Shown: piece by piece, positions 11,301-23,619 of the stretch
Numbering within the stretch: position 1 is the stretch's first letter
Layout: every line of letters starts with the position of its first letter
Assembly (NCBI RefSeq): GCF_006345805.1
Contig: NC_043000.1
Coordinates: forward strand, 126,232,001-126,296,000
DNA length: 64,000 nt
Reading direction: 5' to 3'
DNA from: Octopus sinensis
Lineage: Eukaryota
The notes under the pieces: model-generated
Told to the model about the DNA's origin: nothing
Database searches by the model: none
The model's input: only the letters and a program-made list of their open reading frames with translations
Translations under genes and position numbers: made by a program

Positions 11301-14300
11301 TTAATGAAATGTTCTCAACCAATTCTATACTATAATTTTTGTCAGAAAGTGACTCTAATTGCAGGTAGATACAGGTAAATTCAACAAAATATAAAATTAT
11401 TAAAATTTTGTTCAAACATCGCTATAGAAAATGGGTTATTAGCTAATATTCAATTGGGTATACAACAAAATTTTACGATAGAATTTGTTATTCTGGGTAA
11501 CTTTCTGATACCCATAATAATATTTATGGCAAAATAGTCTTAATTTCATTTAAGGTTATGGGAAACCACTAACTATCCTTTCTTTCGTTTTGTTTACATT
11601 TAGCGTAACGGTTCGTTTCCACCGTAATGAGTTCAAATAGGCTCATTCGAAAAAGTAAAAAGAAATAGTCTAAGGCTTTACTCTTCTGGGAAAGTCTGTG
11701 GCTTGGTCCAGTTTCTTCAGAAAAATCACCGAAAGAAACAGTTTTTAAATTTTCACTCCATTCGGGTGCCAATTCATTTTCTGTATCGCTGTCGGAGCTC
11801 TCGGATTCACTGTTTTCACTTTCGGAAAATGAAACATCAGATTCATTATCAAATACCACGTGCTTTTTTTTTTCAGTCATAGAGTTAGATTTATAAAGGT
11901 CTTCAGTAGAAAATCCTTCGAATTCTGACTCGCTGCTTGATATAATGAAATTCGTATCCATTTTTTGTCAGAATTACAAATTTTGAAAACACAATAGGAA
12001 CAAATTTCAGAGAAAAATCTCCCAAAATTAACGGAATTAAAATTACACTTCGATTTTTCTACAAAACTGTAGTTGAACTCTTTACGAAGTATAATAGGTG
12101 TTTTCACGAATGTACTAAAGAGATTTGCTCTGATATTCTCATTTAAATATGAATAGGTAAATTCGGACGGTTTTGGGCGGTTTGGTCACATTAAACAAAA
12201 TTTTTTTCGGGTGGTTTGGTAACGAAAGGGTTAAAGAAATATTGAGTTGTCAAATACTATTTTTCTCCCATTTATTTTAACTCTGTAATGTTATCTGAAT
12301 TAACATGAAAAATATTTCTATCAAAGAATTCTGTTTCTTTTTTCCCCTTGTAGCATAATTCTTCCTCTACCACTTTTATTTGTCATTTTTGAAATTTGAA
12401 TAAATTTTACCTTATTTCAGACATCGGATGATGTAGTGCCAAATAGAACAAAAATAACCAAATTTATCTAACAGCCCAATAATAGGAATAAATCTTAATA
12501 AAAAATGAAAAGATTTAGTTTCTAAATGTGTAGTATAATGATAAATAGTATATCAGTTAATTATTAATATATATCTACAAAGACTTCAACAATTATATTA
12601 AAATATGAACTTTGCATTTTGTTCATCAGATGTCAATTCCAAAGAGTAAGGTATATAAAAACAAATTTCTTTTAAGTATAGTCATTAAATTGTAGAGAAT
12701 AAAATATTTTCTTCTAAAAAAAAAAAAAAATCCAAGTATTAAATTTTACCAAGATTCCGGACGGAGCCGGTAGAATGAAGTCTTTAAACCAAGTAAACAT
12801 CCTGTATTTTCTTCTGTGTTCTTCCAACGGGAACTGTGAGCAAGCCAAAGTTTGTAGTCTGATTCTTGACCTTAACGTAAGAGAAAGGAGAAATCAGAAA
12901 TAAAACATAAAAACAGGGAGACACAACTAAGAGTCAATTATTTTGTTTTCCATGCTAGCGTGGATAAGACAAAATTTGTTGAGGTAGATTTACTACAGCT
13001 GGTTGCGCTTCTTGTTACCGACCCTCAGCTCTTTCCAAACAAGCTAGTATTTTCCCATCAGATGTTTTTCACAGAATACTGGAAACAAACCACTTTACTT
13101 GTAAGCTGATGATTCTCATTTACAGTCATCAAGTGTTTAACAAGGGTAGACACAAGCACAAAATATATACACATTACATATAATAAGCTTCTTTCAGCCG
13201 TTATCTACCAAATCCACTCACAACGCTTTGGTCAGTCCAGGGCTATATTAGAAGACACTTTCTCAAAGTGCTATGCAGTAGGACTGAACCCAAGACCAAA
13301 TGGTTGGCAAACAAGCTTCTTAACCACACAGCCATGCTTGTGCATATATTTAAAATTTCCTTAATTTCCTATACAAGCTTTTATTTCCATTTAATATGTT
13401 TTTAATAATTTCTGCCCCCAAATTCAAGTATTCCTTTTTAAAAATTGATTTTTAATATTTATTCTCTTCTCTCACCATATTCCATTTATATAATCTATGA
13501 CGGAGTTTATCAGTAGTCAACTGATATGCTAGAAATAGCAATCTCCCTCAAAACTGAGCCTACTGTTTAATCACAGCTCCATCTGATCAGAGCTAAGAGC
13601 TTAATGTCCAGATAACTGGGATTTTCAATATTAGGAAATTCAATTCTAAAACTAATTAATGCAAAAAAAAAAAATGGTGACAGCTGGCACACTGGTCAAT
13701 TGGTAAAAAAGTTGACCGAGAAAGATAAATCAATATCAACCACACAGTGGAGAGCTGGCAGGACTGTTAGCATGCTGGGCAAAAATGCCTTACATCCTTT
13801 CAGCCTAGGTACCTTATACACAGTACTAGCACAGGTGACTGATACCTGGCACAGGTGCTTAAAAAAAAAGCATAAATCTTTTAGCTTCAATAATACTCTT
13901 TGCTGGTGACACGTAAAAAGCACCATTTGAGCATGATCGTTACCAGCATCGCCTTACTGGCACGTAAACAAAACATTTGAGCGAGGTTATTGCCAGTGCC
14001 GCTGGACTGACTCCTGTGCAGGTGGCACATAACAAACACCATTTGAGTGTGGCCGTTGCTAGTACCACCAGACTGGCCCTCGTGCCGGTGGCACGTAAAA
14101 GCACCCACTACACTCTTGGAGTGGTTGGTGTTAGGAAGGGCATCCAGCTGTAGAAACTCTGCCAGATCAGATTGAAGTCTGGTGCAGCCATCTGGTTAGC
14201 CAGTCCTCAGTCAAATCATCCAACCCATGCTAGCATGGAAAGCGGACGTTAAATGATGATGATGGTGATGTACAGAGTAGTGGACAATGATATTAGCGAG

Positions 14301-17300
14301 TCACTGTATTGTTGCTTGGCCTACTAAAAACAACAGTTAAATTTCCCTTATCTTAGTCTCAGACACCATAAGAAAACAGGATGGTTGCTGGTTGAACATT
14401 TGCTGGATCAGAGCTGATGCAGTGTTAAAGAACAATGACAGCAACCAGTTCTACAAAATGCAAACGTACTCCACATAGCATACACAGCATCAACCAAGAT
14501 AATAAATGCCCACAACAAAACTACAATGGAAAAATATTTTAAGATACAGCAGAATATATGGGTGCAAACACAGATGTGGGGTAAGAAGTTTGTTTCCCAA
14601 GTACATGGTTTTGTGTCCAGACGCCACTAGTGTGACACCTCAGACAAGTGTCTTCTACTATGATCTCAAGCTGATCAAAAACCTTGTGAGTAGATTTGGT
14701 GGATAAAAACTGAAAGAGGTCCATCATAATACACACACATACAAATATATGCATGTGTGGGTCTCATGGAAGCAAAGTAGCCAAGCTCCTGGGCCACATG
14801 GAGGCAAAGTGGTTGAGTTCCTTTCGAGTGTTGGGCTTCATGGAGGTGAGGCGGCTGAGTTTCTTTTGAACAGGCCTCATGAGGTGAGGTGGCTGAGTTC
14901 CTTTCAAGTGTTGGGCCTCATGGAGGCAATGACCAAAACCTTTGGCATAGCCAAGCAAAATCGCAGTCATGGCAGATACTGATGTCATGCAAATGGCACC
15001 TGTTCTGGTGGCATGTAAAGGCATCTATTACACTCTAAGGGTGGTTGGCATTAGGAAGGGCATCCAGCCATAGAAAACCATGCCAAATTAAACTGAATCC
15101 TGGCACAGCCTTCCAGCATGCCAGCCCAATCAAATTGTCCAATCCATGCCAGCATGGACAATGGACGTTAAATGATGATGATGATGAGTTACTGTCTCCT
15201 AGCCTGGATATTATAATAGTTGTAAATGTGTGTCATTGTCATTCAAGTGGTGTCCTTGTGCCATGGGGAAATATTACCTTGCTTGGCAACAGGAAATGCA
15301 ACTGGTCACAAAAATCTGCTTCAACAAATTCCACCCAACCCAAGCAAGCAAGGAAAAGTAGCCGTTAACCCTCCACCTGGCCTGCTGTGTATTATGTGAT
15401 ACAAAGAACATATGATAAACATTCATAATTATTTTTCGTCACTAAAGTAACTCAGGACTTATGAAAGAAAAGCTTTGTATTACTGAAAACATATGGATCA
15501 ATGGCGAACTAAAAGTCTGAAAATAAACATGGATGTTTAGGAAAAACTTAAATGCTTTGGATAAGCAAATGTTAAAATGATGCAAAAATACAGTAATGCA
15601 AACACTGATGACCTAAAAAACAACTATAGGAAGCTTACAAAAGAAAGAAAGAAACAAACAAACAAACAAAAACAACTACATTCTTACATTACAAAGTGCA
15701 CCTATATATCAATAATTGAAAACCATACTCACATTTTTGATGGATAACATTTCTGAAGTCAATAATATGCACCTTCCATTTGCTATCAGATTGACGGAAT
15801 CCCCAGATGCTAACAGACATTGATTGAGAACCTGGTTCTGTAAGCAGACCAGTAAAACTGATGTTCTCATTAGTAAATTTGTAGTCATGCCAACAATGTC
15901 CTTCATCGGTTGAGAATCTGATATACTTTGGAAATTTCTCAGAAGGAACAGCCACTAAAAGGCCTCCGCTATCAGCAATTTGATAATGGTGAGCTTTATC
16001 AAGAGCCTGAAATTAAGCAAACATTACAGATGAAGAACACCTATGACAAGAGTGAGGGCTCATTAACGATGGAGAAGCATAAAAGTCATTGTCATCATCA
16101 TTTATTGTCCGTTTTCCATTCTGGAATGGGTTGGATGATTTGACAAGAGCTCTAGATGAGTGTCACTCTCATATAAGCACTGTTTATTCATTTCTGGTTA
16201 TGGTAAAATGCTACCTTGCTTGGAAACAGGTGAATGCTGGAAACAAAAAGAGCATCTATCCATAGAAAATCTACCTCAATAAACTCCATCAGACCCATGC
16301 AAGCATGGAAAAGAAGATGTCAAAACAATGATGATGATGACATATTGTTACCATTAACTGTAATTTATACTTTAATCAAGCCTTGATAGGTTAGTGTTAA
16401 AATTACTTAATTAACTCATTATCCCAATAATAACTATCTTAAATCTGACACAATACACCGCATTGCTGTTGAAAATAAAAATGCAAAATAAATATGTTAT
16501 CCTTACTTACTTTATGCCATTTATAACCACCATCACTGGAGACAAAAACATCAGGTTCAGTGGTCTGCAAAGTATTTGCTACATGACCTGAAAACACAAA
16601 AAAGTTTGGCATGTAAAATGTATTATATCTAAAAATTATCTCTTTAAATTCACTGCTATTTTACGAAACAGAGGAAACAATGCAAGATGTACTAGAATTA
16701 GGATGCATAATAAATGACATAGATTCTGTGCACAATGATAAACACTAGGTGATGTGGATACCACAAGCAACAGTGAAAACTGGTCACCTAGGAGAATAGT
16801 AACTCTGAAAACAGCTGATAAAATATAGAACTCTTTAGTCCCTGCAAGAGGTGAACTCCAGTACTGGTGACACAATACAATAAAGCCAGTCCACATTGTG
16901 AAGTGGTTGGTGCTAGGAAGTGTATCAAGCTGTAAATCATCACTTCCATCATCATTTAACAACCATTTTCCATGCTGGCATGGGTTGGACAGTTTGACAG
17001 GATCTGGTGAGCCACACTGAGCTCCAGTGTCAGCTTGACATGGTTTCATGCCTTTCCTAACACCAATCACAGTGTGTACTTGGTACTTTTTTCAAGCCAC
17101 CAAGTAACTTGCAAGACAAAAATAAGAAAAAGGCCAGCCCAACTAAGGAGGGGTAGTAGTGGCTTTATTCAAGATGTTGAGAGAATATGTATTAAGCTTA
17201 AAAAGAATAAGTTCTAGCGTCTTTTTATTCAATCAAGTCCTTGAAGGTGGTGCCCCAGCATAGGGACAGAACAATGACTGAAAGAAGTAAAAGAATAAAG

Positions 17301-20300
17301 AAAGAATGTGTTGTCTTTCATACTTATAAATATAACCTGAGAATTTTGACTATCTTGTGAGCAAGTGAAACCATATGAAATCATGTTTGTCAATTCTGCT
17401 TCCACAATATTTCTTAAACATTAATGGTTGCAGCAATGAGAAACAAAAGAAGTGGTTATGATTGAAAGAAGAAAAAGGCAGTAAAAATTTTTTAAAAAGC
17501 CCTAAAACATAATATGAAATGCAGAAAAATTCATCATCATCATCATTTAACATCCACTTTTCATGCTGGCATGGGGTGGATGGTTTGGCCGAAAACTGGT
17601 GAACCAGGTTCCGATCTGATTTGGCAAGGTTTCTATGGCTGAATACTCTTCCTTCTGCCAATCATTCCAAGAGTGTAGCGAGTGTTTTTTATGTGCCTGA
17701 CACCAGCATTGGCCATGACTACGGTTTCACTTAGCTTGACAGGGCTACATAAGCAAGGCATATTGCCAAAGGTCTTGGTCACCTGTCACTGCCTCCATGA
17801 GACCCAATGTTCAAATGGTGCTTTTTACACGCCACCAGCATGGGTGCCAGTTAGATGCCACTGGCATTGGCCATGACTATGATTTCACTTGGTTCGACAA
17901 GTTATCAAGAGCACAGCATATTGCCCAATGATTGAAGGGTGTTTTTAACAGGCTAGTTACACGACACTGGCATCAGCCACAACTACGATCTCACTTGGCT
18001 TGATATCACTGTCTTCATGAGCCCAACACTCAAACAGTGCTTATTACGTGCCAGTCAGACAGCACTGGCATTGGCCACAACTTTATGAGTTGAAACTACA
18101 GAAATAAATACTGTTTTAAAGTAATTCAAATTAAAATCTTCCAACAAAATTCCATACTAATTTATGTTCCAAACACCAGCTGAATAATAAAGAGGTTGTT
18201 TTAACAGAATCATCTTTATTTTCAAAATTTATAGGAGTGGCTGTGTGGTAAGTAGCTTGCTTACGAACCTCATGGTTCCGGCCCACTGCGTGGCACCATG
18301 GGCAAGTATCTTCTACTATAGCCTCGGGCTGACCAAAGCCTTGTGAGTGGATTTGGTAGACGGAAACTGAAAGCCAAATGAGACCATAACCTGTGGCCCA
18401 TGCCAGGAGCATAGCCAGCCCACTTATGTGTACCTTTTCCTTCCTTGGACACTAAACTCTGCTTGCGAAGACCTGTTGGGGCAAGTGAAATCAAAATCAG
18501 AATCACATTTGATGGCTGGCATCCGTACTAGCGGGGTGCAAAGAGCACCATACGAGCGTGCGAGTGTGATCGTTACCAGCGTCGCCTTACTGGCACTTGT
18601 GCTTGTGCTAGTAGGGTGCCAAGAGCACCATCCGAGCGTGATCGTTACCAGAGCAGTCAACTGGCTTCCGTGCCGGTGGCACGTAAAAGGGCATCTTTCG
18701 AGCATGATCGTTACCAACGTCGCCTTACTGGCACCTGTGCTGGTGGGATGTGTAAAAAGATTTGAGCGAGGTCGTTGCCTGTACCACCTGACTGGCCCCG
18801 TGCCGGTGACACTTAAAAAGCACCCACTACACTCACGGAGTGGTTGGCGTTAGGAAGGGCATCCAGCTGTAGAAACTGCCAAATCAAGATTGGAGCCTGG
18901 TGCAGCCATCTGGTTCGCCAGCCCTCAGTCAAAATCGTCCAACCCATGCTAGCATGGAAAGCGGACGTTTAACAACGATGATGATGATATATATATGTAT
19001 ATGTATGTATGTATGTGTGTATATGTTTGTGTCTGTGTTTGTCCCCCCACATCGCTTGACAACCGATGCTGGTGTGTTTATGTCCCCGTAACTTAGCGGT
19101 TCGGCAAAAGAGACTAATAGAATAAGTACTAGGCATCCAAAGAATAAGTCCTGGGGTCGATTTGCTCAACTAAAGGCGTTACTCCAACATGGCCACAGTC
19201 AAATGACTGAAACAAGTAAAAGAGACAGAGAATGTAACTGCATTTCAAAAGGAATGTAGTAACAAAAGGGTTAAATGCTTGAAACTTTCAAACACAAACC
19301 TTCAAAATTCTATAAAATGAAATTTATAACTTACCATGTACTAAAATTAAACCAACAGCACTTGGAGTACTGAGAGGTACTTCAACATTAACATGCTGCT
19401 TCTTACTGAACACATTGTGGACATGGAGATGACAGCTTTTCTGTAACAACAAAGATTATCAGAAGATCATGTATTTTCTCCTTATACACAACTTTATAAC
19501 AGTTTAGGTTCATAAGCAATAACAATGAACAATTAATGAATGATTTTACCTATGTTCTTCATTTTATTATCATTACAAGTACTCTAGTGTATAATCTGTC
19601 AAATATTACCCCAAATTAGTTTGATTATATATCTACATGTATACCCTGTTTATTACTCTAGACAAGATCATTGAGTTCAAAAATTTAGGTCACAATTTGG
19701 TGTCCTACATTAAGCTGGTAAGTATTGCTCTGACGGGGACTAAACAAGCATATCACATACTCCAAGCTACCAGAAGAACCCATTCAAAAGAAAGTTTTCA
19801 AATGGACAGCACCAGAGGGGAAAAAAGAGGTAGACTGAAAACAGCATGGCACAGAACATTCCCGACTGACTTGAGAAGGGCCAATATCACATGGTTGAAT
19901 GAAGAGAAAACTGCAGCCAACAGAAACTAGTGGCATCAATTTGCAGTCTTATATGCTCAAAAGTACAGGGGGAACTAAGACCAAGATTTTTATGTTTGAG
20001 AACTGCATTAAGTTCTGCTTATAGAAGTTAATTAAACAAGTTCAATGTTTCAAGTAGGTTAAAGTGTTTCAGAATGTTAATTCTAAAATTACCAACAGAT
20101 CGCATTGTCTCATATCACCCAGATTAGATATTTTCCTTAAGTACACAAATATATCGTCATCATCATCGTTTAATGTACGCTTTCCATTCTAGCATGGGTT
20201 GGACGATTTGACTGAGGACTAGCGAATCAGATGGCTGCACCAGGCTCCAATCTGATCTGGCAGAGTTTCTACAGCTTGATGCCCTTTCTAATGCCAACCA

Positions 20301-22765
20301 CTCCAAGAGTGTATTGGGTGCCATTATGTGCCACTGACACAGGGCCAGTCAGGTGGTACTGGCGACAGCCATGCTCAAATGGTGTTTTTATACATGCCAC
20401 CTGCACAGGAGCCAGTCCAGCGGCACTGGCAACGACCTTGCTCGAATGGTTTTTCATGTGCCAGTAAGGTGACACTGGTAATGATCATGCTCAAATGGAG
20501 CTTTTTATGTGCCACTGGCACAGAAGCCAGTCAGCTGCTCTGGCAACGATCATGCTTGGATGCTGCTCTTAGTGCTCCACTAACTATATGTAGCTAACAA
20601 TTATGATAGTTATGAATGTGTAAGTGACTGAAATGTTTCATCAGTATATTGTACTGCAATAATTTTCTATTAAAGATGTTTAACTCCCATTGGCATTGTC
20701 TGATATTAAGCAGATACTATTTACTATAGAAAGTACAGCTATAGACATAAGATAGAAACAGGGTATAAGTGACAAGTATTTTGTTGGTTTTGAATTCTGG
20801 ACACCAATAATCCTCTAGCTCATTAGCATTCAAACTCGCCATTTTTGGCCTCTTACACCTATCCTACAATGTCATTGAAAAATAAACAATTACATCATTA
20901 AAATCTCAAAGCTATGAGATAATGTATCATTGATCTAAAATAATCCTTCCTATTTGAGGCACAAGGCCTCATATTTGTGGGAAGAGGACTAGTTGATTAC
21001 ATTGACCCCAGTGTTTCACTGGTACTTAATTGACTCCCAAAAGGTTGAAAGGCAAAATCAACCTCAGTGGAATTTGAACTCAGAATGTAAGCGATGGGCA
21101 AAATACCACTAAGCATTTCGTCCAGCATGCTAATGATTCTGCCAAACATTACATTTGACAAAGTAATCTGAATGCGAAAGGACTAGACTACAGGAGATGC
21201 TATCAATCCAAGAAACAACCAAAGCTGTATGGCAATGAAGATAATTAGCCAAGCTAATGTCTGTTCAAAGTCATAAGCCTAAACATTTCTAATGGGGTTG
21301 TTATATGCATAAAGGAATTGATTAAGATTGGGTCATTAGTATTATAAAGAATACTTGAAGGACTATCCAAATCCATGCAAACACGAAGAGAACTTTTCAG
21401 TCTCTCAGGGAAAATATCTTTACCATTTTGTCTGCACAAGGAACACCTGCTGGGGGTTCAATCTCTTGCCAAATACCTCCTCGGTCAAAGGTGATCACTG
21501 TTGAAATTGTATTATCTGTTTGTATTCTGCTAGTGAAGTAGACACCAGTCATAGATTTTATTTTGTAGAAATCAGTACCTCCATATAAACTCGGATACAA
21601 ATGGCGTTCCAAAGATTTAGAGTAGATGATACCATCTTGCCCAGATGTATACAGCGTACCATGACCAGTATCTGTGTGAAGGAAAGAAACAAAGAATGAT
21701 CATTTTAATGATCATTCTTTCTTTGTTGAAGTTGGCAATAATTAAAAATACAGTTTTTTGTCTATTCTCATTAGTATATAAGTGTATACATCATCATCAT
21801 TTAACATCCATTTACCATATATCTATATATATAAAACTTAACTTGTGTGTCTGTGTGTGTGTGTCTGTGTGCTTAACTTCCCGGCACATCTCCTCCTAGC
21901 CAACAAATCGTAGAATGTGTTTGTTTAGGCCTTATCCCATGCATTGAATAGTGAACTTTACTCAGTCAGCTGTTTGACGTGAACTGTGTTCACCACACGT
22001 GCAAGCATGCGTAAATTGCATGAAAAATGAAAAATCAATATATAAAAACAAATCGCCGTAAACATTGTAGAAATTCGGCAAAGAAATGAATTTTGGGGAT
22101 GTAGCCTGGAGGGTTTTTTCGTATTAATTGTTTGGATTTTGTGAACACACACCAATTGTTTTCATAACATTTTTAACGCTTTGAATTAAATGCAACCATT
22201 TTGCGTTGAGTCTGCAGTTTGAATCACTTTAACCAAACTTTAGCAGGCCGGATTTTTGATCATCACGATACATCACCAGCGACTCCCTGAAACTCTCCCC
22301 TGAAATCCCCGTTGAGAAATCTATATATATGAAACTTAACTTGTGTGTCTGTGTGTGTATCTGTGTGTTAAACTTTTGGATCTACCAAGTTTCGTTATTA
22401 AGGATGGAAAGTAGTGTGTAGCAAATCTATATATATAAAGCTGAAGTTGTCTGTGTGTGGCAGGTTTGGTAGCATTCAATTAACACTATCTCCTTCGAGA
22501 CCCTGCAGCACATGTTGACCGAAATTGAGAGTATGATAGGGTTACTCTTCATTCTGTAGAAGATAAAATTCAAATCGGACCATGTTAACACCAAAAATTA
22601 TTTACGACTTTTGACTGCTGTGTCACCATTTTTCAGTGTATTTCAACTGGAAAAATGTTCACTTGAAGAGAATAACAAGTTGCATAATGCAAAATTTTTA
22701 CTTTTCAAAAATTCCAATTCTAAAGGGTCGAAACAAACCCAAGCAACAGCAGGTGATACTGCTAG

Positions 22766-22814
<49 letters not shown>

Positions 22815-23578
22815 AATATTTATATAAATATATATATATATTCATATGTGCTTGAGAAGACCTGGCAAGCCAAATGAGACAATAACCTCGTGGCCTATGC
22901 CAAGGGTGTAACCAGCCCACTTATGTGTACCTTTCCTTCTTTGGACACTAAGCTCTGCTTGCGAAGACCTGTTGAAGCAAGTGAAATCAAAATCAAATTC
23001 GATGACTGGTACCCGTGCTAGTGGGGTGCTAAGAGCACCATCCGAATGTGATCGTTGACAGAGCGGTTACCTGGTTTCCATGCCGGTGGCACGTAAAAGG
23101 CACCATTCAAGTTACCAGTGTCGCCTTAGTGGCACATGAAAGCACCCACTACACACTCAGAGTGGTTGGCATTAGGAAGGGTATCCAGCTGTAGAAACTA
23201 CGCCAGATCAAGATAGGAATCTGGTGCAGCCATCTGGTTCACTAGTCCTCAGTCAAATCATCCAACCCATGCTAGCATGGAAAGCAGATGTTAAACGATG
23301 ATGATGTATTCATATATATATGAATATATACACAAACACACTTTAATATTGAACAGTGAGAATGTGTGCTCAACACTGCATTAGTGGATAAATATTCTTT
23401 ATTTGTGAGTTAACCATGCTACCATTGGTTTCATGTTGAGAAAAATCTCAACAATTGGTGTTCCCATCCATCCAAGATGGAGGAGAGCACCAATGTCACA
23501 TGTGGCAGGATTGATAATTGTTGAAATTTCTCTCGATATGAAACCAATGGTACCCTTGTTAACTCACAAATAAAGTGT

Positions 23579-23619
<41 letters not shown>

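Noticed and set aside
12425-12660. Further plus-strand acceptor-like sites (ttatttcag at about 12420, ttcatcag at about 12629, ttctcag at about 11107)
   Set aside because: Followed by very short frames with no consistent phase partners; expected by chance in AT-rich DNA
16636-17070. 144-aa ORF containing [13 protein letters not shown], superficially like the DSGGLLVAV blade
   Set aside because: The true motif is in exon w12; the ORF starts in a retroposon tail
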